From positions 5,399 to 69,398 of the forward strand of contig CAIRNX010000038.1 in assembly GCA_903880095.1 (NCBI GenBank): a DNA stretch of 64,000 nucleotides. The letters are read 5' to 3'. The stretch comes from an uncultured Micrococcales bacterium (lineage in GTDB: Bacteria > Actinomycetota > Actinomycetes > Actinomycetales > Microbacteriaceae). Shown piece by piece: positions 17,229 through 27,016 of the stretch. Position numbers and translations under genes: made by a program. How positions within the stretch are numbered: the first letter of the stretch is position 1; every line of letters starts with the position of its first letter. The notes beneath the pieces were generated by a model. The model made no database searches and was not told the DNA's origin. It saw nothing but the letters and a program-made list of their open reading frames with translations.

Positions 17229-18635
17229 TTACGACTTGATAAAGGTTTCAACTTCGCGAGTTATTGAAATTACTGTTTCGGGATTTTTGGCTTCGCAATT
17301 GAATCTGAGCAGCGGCTCGGTATTTGAAGTTCGCAGGTTGAACCACCACCAGTCGTCGGTGTCTTTCGAGTTGAATGTGACACCGTCTAGGCGGTCCATA
17401 TCGGCTCTATTGGCAAATGCCTGCTCAACCGAGGTGATGATCGCTTTGGCATCAGAAACTCGGTGGTTAATCTCACCGCTGGCAAAGTATGGGTCGTACT
17501 TTGCGGCGAACTCGCTCAGTGGCTTTTGCTGGCTGCCAAGGGCAGAGAGCACGTGAAGCGCGGCAAGCATGCCGTTGTCGGCACCCCAAAAAGCCTTGAA
17601 ATAGTAGTGAGCCGAGTGCTCCCCGCCGAAGATTGCGTCTTCGGCTGCCATTTGGTCTTTGATCAAAGAGTGGCCAACGCGTGTGCGAACCGCGCGAGCG
17701 CCTGAGGCTTCGATTGCCTCGATGCAGGCGCGTGAGGTCAGAAGGTTGTGTAGCACCGTGATTGGAGCGCCAGGGTTGGCGACCTTTTCGCGCGCCACCT
17801 CGAGTTCGGCAACAATCGCCGCAACTGCAGAAGGGGTCACTGCGTCGCCTTTTTCGTCGATCACGAAGCATCGGTCGGCATCACCATCAAAAGCGAGACC
17901 GATGTCTGCACCGTGCTCTACCACCGCTTTTTGGAGGTCAACGAGGTTCTTGGGGTCGAGTGGGTTAGCTTCGTGGTTCGGAAAGTTTCCGTCAAGCTCG
18001 AAATACATGGGAATGATTTCGAGCGGGAGCTCGGGCAACCCGACCTTGGTGCCAAGCACCGCTGGAACCGTGAATCCACCCATGCCGTTACCGGCATCGA
18101 CGACAACCTTTAGTGGTCTGATCGCCGCTAGGTTTACTAGCGAACGCAAGTAAGCCGAATAGTCGGCCAGGGTGTCAATCTCGCGCAGGGAGCCCTCAGA
18201 ATCAACCGATGGGATCCCCGAAGCTAAATAGGCATTTGCCCTGTCGCGAATCGCGGCAAGACCTGTGTCGAGTGAGATGCCACGGGCACCCGCGCGCGAA
18301 AGCTTGATGCCGTTGTATGCGGCCGGGTTGTGGCTCGCGGTGAACATCGCCGAGGCGGCCTTGAGAGTGCCTGAGGCAAAGTACGACTGGTCTGTCGAAC
18401 AAAGTCCCAGAGAAATCACGTTTCCGCCGCGGGCGCGTGCACCTCGGGCAAAAGCGGCGGCGAAGGCGGGCGAAGAGTCGCGCATGTCGTGGCCAACCAC
18501 GACGTCGAGGCCTGAGAGTTCGAGCTCGTCGACGAATCCGGCGGCAACCGCCTCGACCATCTCTTCGGTAAGTTCGACACCGACCAAACCACGGATGTCA
18601 TAGGTTTTTACGATTGCATTCAGGCTAGGGACCAT
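17229..18635 (-). CDS. manB: phosphomannomutase / phosphoglucomutase
   Basis: TASHNPAAYNGIK (phosphoserine loop) and FDGDADRCF (Mg loop). Its position matches Rv3257c. Confidence 0.9.
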   Translation of the reverse strand: MVPSLNAIVKTYDIRGLVGVELTEEMVEAVAAGFVDELELSGLDVVVGHDMRDSSPAFAAAFARGARARGGNVISLGLCSTDQSYFASGTLKAASAMFTASHNPAAYNGIKLSRAGARGISLDTGLAAIRDRANAYLASGIPSVDSEGSLREIDTLADYSAYLRSLVNLAAIRPLKVVVDAGNGMGGFTVPAVLGTKVGLPELPLEIIPMYFELDGNFPNHEANPLDPKNLVDLQKAVVEHGADIGLAFDGDADRCFVIDEKGDAVTPSAVAAIVAELEVAREKVANPGAPITVLHNLLTSRACIEAIEASGARAVRTRVGHSLIKDQMAAEDAIFGGEHSAHYYFKAFWGADNGMLAALHVLSALGSQQKPLSEFAAKYDPYFASGEINHRVSDAKAIITSVEQAFANRADMDRLDGVTFNSKDTDDWWWFNLRTSNTEPLLRFNCEAKNPETVISITREVETFIKS

Positions 18636-18674
18636 GCCGTAAATCTTACCTTCTGGGCTAAAAACTAGGATTGA

Positions 18675-19067
18675 ATGGTGAGGTCAAGAGGTTCGAGACA
18701 CGGACGCCCACTGCGCAACTTTGTGTTGGCTGGGCTCGGCCGCCGCGCCTACGGCTCATTCGCCGATGTCGTCTCAGAGACCTGCGAGTTTTTGCGTGAT
18801 GAATGGCCAGACGAACTTTCACGTTTAAGTTGGCGTATTTCCGACGCCCCGAGCGATGTCATTGATGGCAAGCTCCCCCGGTGGCAGGCAGACACACGCA
18901 ACATGCGCATCACGATATTTAGAATCCCAATTCAACGCCAAACGCACGTGCGAAGACCGGATGCGATCGATGAACGCTTTCACACCGAGCAGTTTGTGTT
19001 TTTCGCGGTTGGCGAGTTACTTGGCAGAGACCCTTGGGATCTCATGCCGGATCGCTTCAAAGACTAG
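18675..19067 (+). CDS. small zincin-like (Rv3259-type 'metallopeptidase family') protein; HExxH not present
   Basis: 130 aa. ITIFRIPIQR and the position beside manB resemble the family as I remember it. The expected HExxH region reads FFAVGELLG. Confidence 0.45.
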   Translation: MVRSRGSRHGRPLRNFVLAGLGRRAYGSFADVVSETCEFLRDEWPDELSRLSWRISDAPSDVIDGKLPRWQADTRNMRITIFRIPIQRQTHVRRPDAIDERFHTEQFVFFAVGELLGRDPWDLMPDRFKD

Positions 19068-20500
19068 CGAACAAGAATGCTCAGTTGCCCGCCAAGGTTT
19101 TTGTAGTCGAGCACTGGGATCACAGCAACGAGACCACCGACATCGATTACTTCAGTAGCTGCCACCGGAACGGTTGAACTAATTGTCGCCGATCTGCCTG
19201 CAGGTGCGACAACCGAAACCGACGACGCAGCCGGCACTGTGACTGTTTGCGAACCCACCCTCACGGTAGCCCCAACCTTGCCAGGGTTTGCGATTGCAAG
19301 TTTGCTGATTGCCCCGGCTGGAGCATTGAAAACCACTTTGTTTTTGAGTGGACTAACGGCAGGTGCCCACGCAAGATCCGTTTTCTTTGCCTTTGTGCGA
19401 TTGAATCGGATTGCCGCACGCACCGGTTCGCTCGAATCAATCAAAGCAACATAGTCACCGTCGGCGAGGCCGGTGATTGGGATGTCCATCGTGCTGTTTG
19501 GTGCAATCACCTGCTGAATCACTGTTCCGTAGGTTTTGGCATTGGTACCAACAATTTGGGCAGTGACAGTTGTTTGGGTGGTGGCAGTCGAAGAGATTCG
19601 CAGGGTTGGAGTCAGGTCGGCATAGGCCGGGTTGTCGGCGCTTAGTTTTGCAGCGTCGGCAAGGCCGCGCAAAAAGATACCCGGTATAACCAGGGACTTT
19701 GCGGGTTCGGCACTCGGGCCAACCAACTCTACGCCGCCAGGCAAAAGCCCGCGCATGGTTCGAACCTGCAGCCAGGTGCCTAGCGCTCCACCAGATGAGA
19801 CGATGTGGATTGCAAAGGTAGAAAGATTAGGCGCGACACCTGAGATCGGAATCACTGTGGTCTTCGACTTTGGCACCGAGATGCTGCTTAGGCCGGGTGC
19901 CGAGACTGTGCCACCTGAGCCGATGATTTCTAGGTTCACCGAAGAGTCGACATCGGTCGGGTTAGACAAAATAAGCAGAGTCTCACGTCCAGGTGAGGTG
20001 TCGCCACCCACGAGCCAGTTGTCGCTGCTTGGGCGCACACAGTTCGCCGCCGCAAGCCCTGAAAGATTCGAAAGTGCCGCTTTTTGTACTTGGGTTACAG
20101 CAAGCAGCGCAGAACCCTGGACGGCTGACCCGCTAGGGTCTTGAACGGTTATTGACTTGGCGTCTACCAGCGGGCCGTTGACGAGCCCGGCGACTAGTGG
20201 CGCGTCAGCAACCACTCGGCGCTCAACGAGCCTGATGCTTGGATTGCTGGCGAAGAAACCCGAGAGTGTTGCCGAGCCAGCTCGAGTCACCTGAAGCGAG
20301 GTTCCAGAAGAACCACCCGCACGGTATAGCGCACCCGGGCAAACCAAGGTGAGATCTTTGGCCTGTGCCGTTACAGAGATTGGCTTTGCCGAGTCGCCGA
20401 TCTGAAGTGAGAGGCCGAGTGGGTTCACAAACAATGCCACGATGGCCCCGAGGACCAGCGCTGCCGCTAGGAATCTCTTATACATCGGCATCCTCGCCAT
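19064..20500 (-). CDS. membrane-anchored extracytoplasmic protein, DUF5719-like
   Basis: N-terminal TM anchor (FLAAALVLGAIVALF), then a long Ser/Thr/Ala/Val-rich region. It lies downstream of the large membrane GT2, as in other actinobacteria by my recollection. Alternative ATG starts are at 20491 and 20485. Confidence 0.55.
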   Translation of the reverse strand: MARMPMYKRFLAAALVLGAIVALFVNPLGLSLQIGDSAKPISVTAQAKDLTLVCPGALYRAGGSSGTSLQVTRAGSATLSGFFASNPSIRLVERRVVADAPLVAGLVNGPLVDAKSITVQDPSGSAVQGSALLAVTQVQKAALSNLSGLAAANCVRPSSDNWLVGGDTSPGRETLLILSNPTDVDSSVNLEIIGSGGTVSAPGLSSISVPKSKTTVIPISGVAPNLSTFAIHIVSSGGALGTWLQVRTMRGLLPGGVELVGPSAEPAKSLVIPGIFLRGLADAAKLSADNPAYADLTPTLRISSTATTQTTVTAQIVGTNAKTYGTVIQQVIAPNSTMDIPITGLADGDYVALIDSSEPVRAAIRFNRTKAKKTDLAWAPAVSPLKNKVVFNAPAGAISKLAIANPGKVGATVRVGSQTVTVPAASSVSVVAPAGRSATISSTVPVAATEVIDVGGLVAVIPVLDYKNLGGQLSILVR

Positions 20501-23087
20501 CTACAAAGATTTGAGCTTCGCTACCGGCGTTTCTTCGTGTTCGCGACGGAATTGCAAGAAGAACGAAGGCGCCAAGGATCGCAACCTGAATGCCCTTTGT
20601 TATTGACCAAACAGAGTGACGAGTGAGTGTGAGCGTTGGCTGGTCTTTGACCCGCCAAAGTCGGCCAAACTCTGTCACGCCGGCCGATTCTAGTTGAGGA
20701 ACCGAGTCGAGCGATGAGCCGATTTCGAGAACCGTTGCCGACTTGTTGTTTGGCACAAGCACGTAGCGAACCTTTGTGCTCGCCAACTCATTCGCAATGT
20801 CTACACCATTTGCCGAGACCATAGCCCCCGCCAACTTGGCAACCTCACGATATGGCGTTGTCTTTGAAAGTTTGGAAAGTTCGAAACGATACGCGGTACT
20901 CGCGTCTTCGAGGTGCTGACCCCTAATTGATAACCACTTGGTTGTGTAGTTCTCGCCATCGGCCGAAATCACAAGCAGCTTTGCATCGCTATCCTCTTGC
21001 GAAACAAGAAGCCACGGCACAACGCGTCCGTCGCTTGAAGCGAATTTGGGCGCCGACGTTGCGCTTGCGAATAACAGCGGTAGCAAGCCGAGCAGAGTTA
21101 GGCCGGTGCAGACAGTCCTGATCAACCAACGCTTATCGACCGAATCGAAAGCGATAACAACCAGCACCACGAACACCAATGCCGCGGCCGAAAGTAACGA
21201 TAGCGGAGACCCTGCAACCGTTCTGTCGGCGCCGTCTGCCGAAGGAAAACTCAGTTGTTGAGTGAACCAGGCGGCAACGACCAATAGCAAGCCAAAGCAC
21301 CAGAGGGCCAGCGAAAGACCCCATCGTTTTGTAAAAAGTGCGGCCAAGCCGGCGATTAGGTAGGTTGCGGTAAAGATTGAACCTCCAACCAACAGTTCGA
21401 GGTTGCTCAGGTGCGAAACACCCTTGGCGAGACTTGGGTCGGCGATAACAGCGGCTGGCTCACCCAGTTTTGCAATCAGGTAATAGGCGTAGGGTGCAAA
21501 AATCGCACCGAGCGGTAGCGGAATCCAAAACAGGTAGCCGAGACGGCGAATGCGCATCGAAGCAACGACAGCAAGACCCACAAGTACTAGAACCAGAAGG
21601 TTCGGAGCGCTTGCACCAACGACTGCGAGCAGCAAACCAGAAAGCGCCACCCAGCTCCAGGTTTGACGATTCGAACGCGCGCTACCGACTCGCCCAAGAC
21701 CGGCGGCTCTTGCGATGCCGAGCACTAGCCAAGGCAGGGTAATGCTCGAGACGACGTCTGCGACTCTCGCGTCGCCAAGAGCTGCTGTGAGGCTCGGCCA
21801 AAGTGCAAATCCTGTGGCTGTGATGTTTCTCAGCCATGCCTTCTTTGTAAAAAGTGCGGCCACTCGCCAGGCTCCAATAAACGCAATCGGACGCGCCATA
21901 AAAAGCAGAAGTCCAATAGCCAACGGTGGCGACCAAAAAGTTAGTGCCGCGAGAAGCAGGAGCACCCAGTTGAAAGGGTCGCTTGGCGCGAAGTAGCCGT
22001 CGGCAATTGGCTGCCAACTCGCTCCAGCTCTGGCGAAGAGGTCGCCAAGTTGCGCGCTAAGCGGTAACGCGTTGCCGCCGGTGACAGCGATGTTTGTCGG
22101 AAACAGGTGCCACGAAGCAGTCGCGAGTAACAGCACGAAGACCCAGCCAAGCGCGGCTGAGAACCCCTTTGCCGGAACCTCATCTGAGTTTCCACGCGCG
22201 AAGGCTGCTAGGTTCTGCTGAGCCTCATCGCGATCTGCGCTGGCCCTAGCTGCCGCACGCACCTGTTGCCAGTTTGCGCGAAGTGGCTTCAGCGCGGCGA
22301 GCGTGACATTTGAGTTTGGTGGCAAAAGCTTGCGACTTGAGAGTCGCTTTGGAACCGTAAAGAAGCCCCAGAAGGCACTGTAGATTTCGGCCCAGATTCG
22401 ATCTGGCCGCTTCTGCGCGATGCGGTAGGTCGCCCGCAAAAAGCCCAGTGGAATCAGCACCAGCCAATACAAAAGAACCGACCAAATCGGTGAATAGACC
22501 ATTCTTAGATGAATTGAGGCTTTGCGAAGTTCGACCTTCATCGAACCGCCCAACTCAGCGGCTTTGCCGTCGTAGGCGACGCGAGCTTTCGGCTCAACTA
22601 CCACGCGATTGCCAGCCATTCTTGCTCGAATCGAGAAATCTAGATCGGCTGCAAGTTCTGGCGCTCTCGGGTCGAACCCGCCCAACTTAGCGAGAACGGT
22701 GGTTCGAACCAGCATGCCGGCGGTGCCAACCGCCAGGACGTCTCCGCCACGGTCGTGCTGACCTTGGTCGAAAGTTTCAGAAACTGGCGAGAATGCATCG
22801 CCGAAAGGGGTGAGTGTGAGACCCAGTTGTGTGATCATTCGAGGGTCAGCCGTTGAAACTAGCTTCGGCCCGATGATGCCGGTGAGCTCAGATGACCTTG
22901 ACGCGCAGTCGAGCAGGGCTTCTAAAGCTCCTGGATCTGGGGTCGAGTTGGAATAGTTGAGCCAGACCCAAAGAGTTGGATCTGGCTCGATGTTTAGTGC
23001 CGCGATAGCCGAAGCAAGACTCGAACCGGTGGCGGTTCGAATTGCCTTGCCGTCACTCGATACGAGTGAGGCTATCGTCTCGGTCAA
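20478..23087 (-). CDS. large polytopic membrane protein with N-terminal GT2-like domain
   Basis: 869 aa. The first ~170 aa are GT-A-like (DQGQHD, GTAGMLVR, GGFDP, ADLDFSIRA), followed by more than 12 hydrophobic helices. TTG start. Confidence 0.7.
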   Translation of the reverse strand: MTETIASLVSSDGKAIRTATGSSLASAIAALNIEPDPTLWVWLNYSNSTPDPGALEALLDCASRSSELTGIIGPKLVSTADPRMITQLGLTLTPFGDAFSPVSETFDQGQHDRGGDVLAVGTAGMLVRTTVLAKLGGFDPRAPELAADLDFSIRARMAGNRVVVEPKARVAYDGKAAELGGSMKVELRKASIHLRMVYSPIWSVLLYWLVLIPLGFLRATYRIAQKRPDRIWAEIYSAFWGFFTVPKRLSSRKLLPPNSNVTLAALKPLRANWQQVRAAARASADRDEAQQNLAAFARGNSDEVPAKGFSAALGWVFVLLLATASWHLFPTNIAVTGGNALPLSAQLGDLFARAGASWQPIADGYFAPSDPFNWVLLLLAALTFWSPPLAIGLLLFMARPIAFIGAWRVAALFTKKAWLRNITATGFALWPSLTAALGDARVADVVSSITLPWLVLGIARAAGLGRVGSARSNRQTWSWVALSGLLLAVVGASAPNLLVLVLVGLAVVASMRIRRLGYLFWIPLPLGAIFAPYAYYLIAKLGEPAAVIADPSLAKGVSHLSNLELLVGGSIFTATYLIAGLAALFTKRWGLSLALWCFGLLLVVAAWFTQQLSFPSADGADRTVAGSPLSLLSAAALVFVVLVVIAFDSVDKRWLIRTVCTGLTLLGLLPLLFASATSAPKFASSDGRVVPWLLVSQEDSDAKLLVISADGENYTTKWLSIRGQHLEDASTAYRFELSKLSKTTPYREVAKLAGAMVSANGVDIANELASTKVRYVLVPNNKSATVLEIGSSLDSVPQLESAGVTEFGRLWRVKDQPTLTLTRHSVWSITKGIQVAILGAFVLLAIPSRTRRNAGSEAQIFVDGEDADV

Positions 23088-23093
23088 TTTTGG

Positions 23094-23402
23094 TTAGGCA
23101 AGCTTCTTGAGCTTGCGACGCTCGCGCTCCGAAAGGCCGCCCCAAATGCCGAAGCGCTCGTCGTTGGCAAGTGCGTACTCGAGGCACTGAGCCTTTACGT
23201 CGCAACCAGAGCAGATCTTCTTAGCGTCTCGGGTCGAGCCGCCTTTCTCAGGGAAGAATGCTTCTGGGTCGGTCTGAGCGCAAACTGCGTCAGCCTGCCA
23301 AGCCAGCGGGTTCTCGTCTAGGTCGTTTGAATACGCCCCTGCGACACCGAGCAGAACCGGATCGATAAACCAGTTTTCTGGAATGCGACTGTCTGAGCTC
23401 AT
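23094..23402 (-). CDS. whiB2: WhiB-family transcription factor, WhiB2/WhmD-like
   Basis: CAQTDPEAFFPEKG...CSGCDVKAQC, GIWGG and a basic tail RRKLKKLA. ATG 23402 has GAGGT 9 nt upstream. The ORF-track GTG 23432 remains possible. Confidence 0.9.
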   Translation of the reverse strand: MSSDSRIPENWFIDPVLLGVAGAYSNDLDENPLAWQADAVCAQTDPEAFFPEKGGSTRDAKKICSGCDVKAQCLEYALANDERFGIWGGLSERERRKLKKLA

Positions 23403-23448
23403 GGCTTCATTACCTCTTCTGGTGACCAGCACCGAAATAGTTTCTTGG

Positions 23449-23460
23449 GTGTAATTACAC
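23449..23460. promoter_or_regulatory. perfect 12-bp palindrome GTGTAATTACAC in the whiB2-galE divergent spacer
   Basis: Read directly from the sequence. It lies 47 nt upstream of the whiB2 ATG (23402) and 77 nt upstream of the galE ATG. Confidence 0.3.
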
Positions 23461-23536
23461 TGATGTTATTCGTTCAAGTCAAGTTGAAAAAATCGAAGTC
23501 TCAAGGTGTTCTTGAGGCTTTAGGTATCCTTGAAAC

Positions 23537-24487
23537 ATGTCAGTCCTAGTCACCGGCGGAGCCGGCTACATCGGTTCGCATGTTGCACGCCTGCTCGGCA
23601 CCGATGCGATCATCGTCGACGACTTCTCGGCGGGCATCGAAACCCGCGTGCGGGGGCTTGTTTGCGAGCAACTTGACATCGCATCAGCCGATGCCCAACA
23701 CCGACTCGAGGCACTAATGCGCAAGCATTCCGTGACCGCGGTGGTTCACCTAGCAGCCCGCAAAAAGGTGGGTGAATCAGTCGAGCAACCGGAGTGGTAC
23801 TACCAACAAAACATTGGTGGAATGGCAAACCTCCTAGCTGCGATGCGCTCTGCAGGTGTGATGAACTTTGTCTTCTCTTCAAGCGCGGCGACCTATGGCA
23901 TGCCAGATGTCGAATCGGTCTCTGAAGATCTCGACTGCAGACCCATAAATCCATACGGCGAAACCAAGCTCATCGGCGAATGGATGTCGCGCGACGCAGC
24001 CAAAGCCTGGGGCCTTCGCCACGTCAACCTCAGGTACTTCAACGTTGCCGGCGCCGGCTGGCCAGAGCTGGCAGACTCCGCGGTAGCCAACCTGATTCCA
24101 ATCGTCTTTGCCGCTTTGAAGGCCGGCGAGAAGCCAAAAGTTTTTGGCGCTGACTACCCAACCCCAGACGGATCGTGTATTCGCGACTATGTGCACGTGC
24201 TCGATCTCGCCAAGGCGCACGTTGCAGCCCTCGAATACCTTCGCTCTGACACTCGCCCGCACTCTACTTTCAACGTTGGTTCGGGTTCGGGTTCAAGCGT
24301 TTTCGAAGTGATTGACGTAATTCGCGAAGTCACCGGTCAAAACTTTGAGGTCGATGTGCTACCTGGCCGAGCGGGTGACCCGCCTCGACTCTGCGCCCAA
24401 GTGTCGCGAATCGAAAAGACGCTCGGTTGGCGGACCGAGGCAACACTGACCGATATAGTGCGATCCGCCTGGCAGGCGATTTCTTAA
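23537..24487 (+). CDS. galE: UDP-glucose 4-epimerase
   Basis: VLVTGGAGYIGSH (Rossmann fold) and YGETK (YxxxK). 316 aa. Confidence 0.9.
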   Translation: MSVLVTGGAGYIGSHVARLLGTDAIIVDDFSAGIETRVRGLVCEQLDIASADAQHRLEALMRKHSVTAVVHLAARKKVGESVEQPEWYYQQNIGGMANLLAAMRSAGVMNFVFSSSAATYGMPDVESVSEDLDCRPINPYGETKLIGEWMSRDAAKAWGLRHVNLRYFNVAGAGWPELADSAVANLIPIVFAALKAGEKPKVFGADYPTPDGSCIRDYVHVLDLAKAHVAALEYLRSDTRPHSTFNVGSGSGSSVFEVIDVIREVTGQNFEVDVLPGRAGDPPRLCAQVSRIEKTLGWRTEATLTDIVRSAWQAIS

Positions 24488-25614
24488 AGTTCGCTACCGA
24501 TGTAACCGGTGCCGCTACCCGAGAAACTGAAGAAATTGGCGTCGGCGCTTAGGTAAGCGGCTTCCCCTCTGCGCAAAACCACACGTTCAGCTAGCGAGTT
24601 AGAAACGGCTATTTCGCCGGCAATGCAAACCAAAATCGAGTCACCTGGCAGTTTGATGTCGGCGAGAAGGTTTTGACCAGAAACGTCTACCTTGTGAAGG
24701 CAATAATCATCGCTGATAGATGGGTACACCGCTAGCCCGCGGGCCAACTCCTTCGGGCGCACCGTTTCGCAAGCCTTGGCAACTTCGACGTCGAAGACTT
24801 TCAAAAACTCTGCCCCATCGATGTGCTTCGGTGTGAGCCCCGCTCGTAAAACGTTATCTGAGTTGTCTTGGATTTCGAGTCCGAGGCCCCTGATGTAGCT
24901 GTGCGGGGTTCCTGGTGGTACGACGAGTGCCTCACCAGGCTGCAAGATAAAGTGGCGCATTAAGAGTGCGAGCAAGGCCCCGCGATCCGGGCCGAACTCT
25001 GCGAAAATGTCGATGAGCAACTCTTGCTCGGGGCGTGTAGGTTCGGTGAGGTTGGCGAAGAGTTCGGCGACTAGTGCGTTGTAATCGGCGTTACCTTTCA
25101 GTACTTCGCCAAAAAGTGAATCTGGGTTGGTTTCGGCGATTGCAATAAGGCCCTCGAGCGTCGATTGATTGGCTTTGACGAATGGCGCCAACGACTCGAG
25201 CGTTTGCGCGACATCGAAACCGCTTCGAATGCCGGCCAGAACTTCAAACTCCGTTATGGCAACCAGAGACTCACTCTTCGGGTTTTCATCTTTATAGGAT
25301 CGGTTCGGGTCGGTGATCGCTAGGCCAGCCGCATTCTCACGAGCAAACCCCTCCACGGCTTTTTCGCGAGAAGGGTGCACCTGAATCGACAACGGAATCG
25401 CTGCCGCAAGAAACTTTAAAAGAAATCCAAGAGGTTTGCTGCGAAGGTCGGCGAGGCTCTCGCCAGCTTCGGTGCGCGATGGCGAGCCGGGGTGATTACC
25501 AAACCAAACTTCGGCCATCGGGCCTCCCGTGGCGGTGAGCCCTAGAGCATCTGCCATGAGTGTGGTCGAACCCCACGCGTAGTCGCGCGCTTCGTTCTCT
25601 ATTTTCACAATCAC
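24484..25614 (-). CDS. manA: mannose-6-phosphate isomerase, class I
   Basis: YAWGS, WFGNHP and LSIQVHPS (zinc ligands). GTG 25614 (GGGAG 6 nt upstream) is preferred to the ORF-track TTG 25641. Confidence 0.85.
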   Translation of the reverse strand: MIVKIENEARDYAWGSTTLMADALGLTATGGPMAEVWFGNHPGSPSRTEAGESLADLRSKPLGFLLKFLAAAIPLSIQVHPSREKAVEGFARENAAGLAITDPNRSYKDENPKSESLVAITEFEVLAGIRSGFDVAQTLESLAPFVKANQSTLEGLIAIAETNPDSLFGEVLKGNADYNALVAELFANLTEPTRPEQELLIDIFAEFGPDRGALLALLMRHFILQPGEALVVPPGTPHSYIRGLGLEIQDNSDNVLRAGLTPKHIDGAEFLKVFDVEVAKACETVRPKELARGLAVYPSISDDYCLHKVDVSGQNLLADIKLPGDSILVCIAGEIAVSNSLAERVVLRRGEAAYLSADANFFSFSGSGTGYIGSEL

Positions 25615-25684
25615 TTTTGACTCCCAAGGTCGTGAAGACAAGTTTAGTTGCGGCGATAAACTTGCCCCTAGTAAGGAGCATGCA

Positions 25685-27016
25685 GTGACGCTGAAGAAGA
25701 CATTGGCTTACCTGGGGGTTTTCACTCTCATGGCTGGCGATGCTGTGCGCAACACCGTCTCGTGGGCCGGTTGGGGCGCTATTTGCGCGGTGCTCGCCTC
25801 ATTCATGATCTATTGGCTCGTGCGCAACAAACCGGTGGCCACAATCAAGCAAATGCCTTGGCCACTCACAGCTTTTCTCGGCCTGATTCTGCTCAGCTCA
25901 ATCTGGTCGAACTACCCATTGATCACCTTCGGCGTATTCTTTATTCAACTTGTTCAGACGGCCTTCGCGATCTTTTTAGCGGCCGCTTTCAGTTGGCGCG
26001 ATCTACTCAAAGTCTTCTCGAACACTATTCGAGCGATTCTGGCCGCTTCGCTACTTTTCGAACTTTATGCCGCTGTGATTGTTAGAGGTCCGGTCGATGC
26101 TGTCTTCAAGATGTATGCAGGGAAGTTTCCGCCATCGAGAGACTTCTACTGGTGCCGAGGCAACCTTTTTAACGGCGGACGCATCCAGGGCATCCTCGGA
26201 AACTCGAACATCCTCGCCTACGTGGCAATGCTTGGAATAATCCTCTTCTTCGTTGAACTAACGCTTCGCGAATCCAATCGCTGGCTGAGCATAGCGAGCC
26301 TCGCAGCCTCGATTGCCGGCCTGGCCGATGCATGGTCCATGACTGTCAACTTTGCGCTCGTTGCCGTTGTTCTTGCTGCAATCGTCTCAATCGCCGCCGA
26401 AGGTAAAGAAAAAGAAACCCGTCACCGCTACTACCGAGGAGCATGGTGGGGCATTGGTGGCACAGCACTTGTCGTGCTGGCTTTTCGGGCACAGATTTTT
26501 GGCCTACTCGGCAAGAGCCCCGACATCTCTGGCCGCACCAAGATTTGGAAGTTGGTGCTCGGGCTAATTGATCAGCGACCTCTGCAAGGTTGGGGCTGGA
26601 CTTCGTATTGGATTCCATTCTTGAAGCCCTATGACGGCCTGGTAAAGATGCACGGCGTGACTTACCTGCAGGCACACAACGCATTCTTAGACGTTTGGTT
26701 GCAGCTCGGCATTCTCGGGCTAGGTCTCTTTATCGGGCTAATCGGCTACACCTTCGTGCCGCTTTGGCGACTCGCAGTTCGCCACACGAGCACGCTCTAC
26801 CTTTGGCCGATTTTGGTGTTTGTTGGCTTGATTGTTCAAAACTTCACCGAAAGCCGTTTCTTGATCGAAATCGGCTGGGTGCTACTTGTTTTGTTTGCCG
26901 TAAAGGTGCGCGACCCACAAGACTCACTTGAGCCCCGAGTTGACGACCTTAAAAGAGCTCGTTTGCTCGTTGGAGGTCTTCGTCAAAGTCGATCTCAACC
27001 GCGTAAAGATCGCTGA
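25685..27016 (+). CDS. O-antigen ligase / Wzy_C-family polytopic membrane protein
   Basis: About 10 TM helices. YLQAHNAFLDVWLQLGILGLGLF matches the Wzy_C signature. GTG start with AAGGAG upstream. Confidence 0.75.
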   Translation: MTLKKTLAYLGVFTLMAGDAVRNTVSWAGWGAICAVLASFMIYWLVRNKPVATIKQMPWPLTAFLGLILLSSIWSNYPLITFGVFFIQLVQTAFAIFLAAAFSWRDLLKVFSNTIRAILAASLLFELYAAVIVRGPVDAVFKMYAGKFPPSRDFYWCRGNLFNGGRIQGILGNSNILAYVAMLGIILFFVELTLRESNRWLSIASLAASIAGLADAWSMTVNFALVAVVLAAIVSIAAEGKEKETRHRYYRGAWWGIGGTALVVLAFRAQIFGLLGKSPDISGRTKIWKLVLGLIDQRPLQGWGWTSYWIPFLKPYDGLVKMHGVTYLQAHNAFLDVWLQLGILGLGLFIGLIGYTFVPLWRLAVRHTSTLYLWPILVFVGLIVQNFTESRFLIEIGWVLLVLFAVKVRDPQDSLEPRVDDLKRARLLVGGLRQSRSQPRKDR

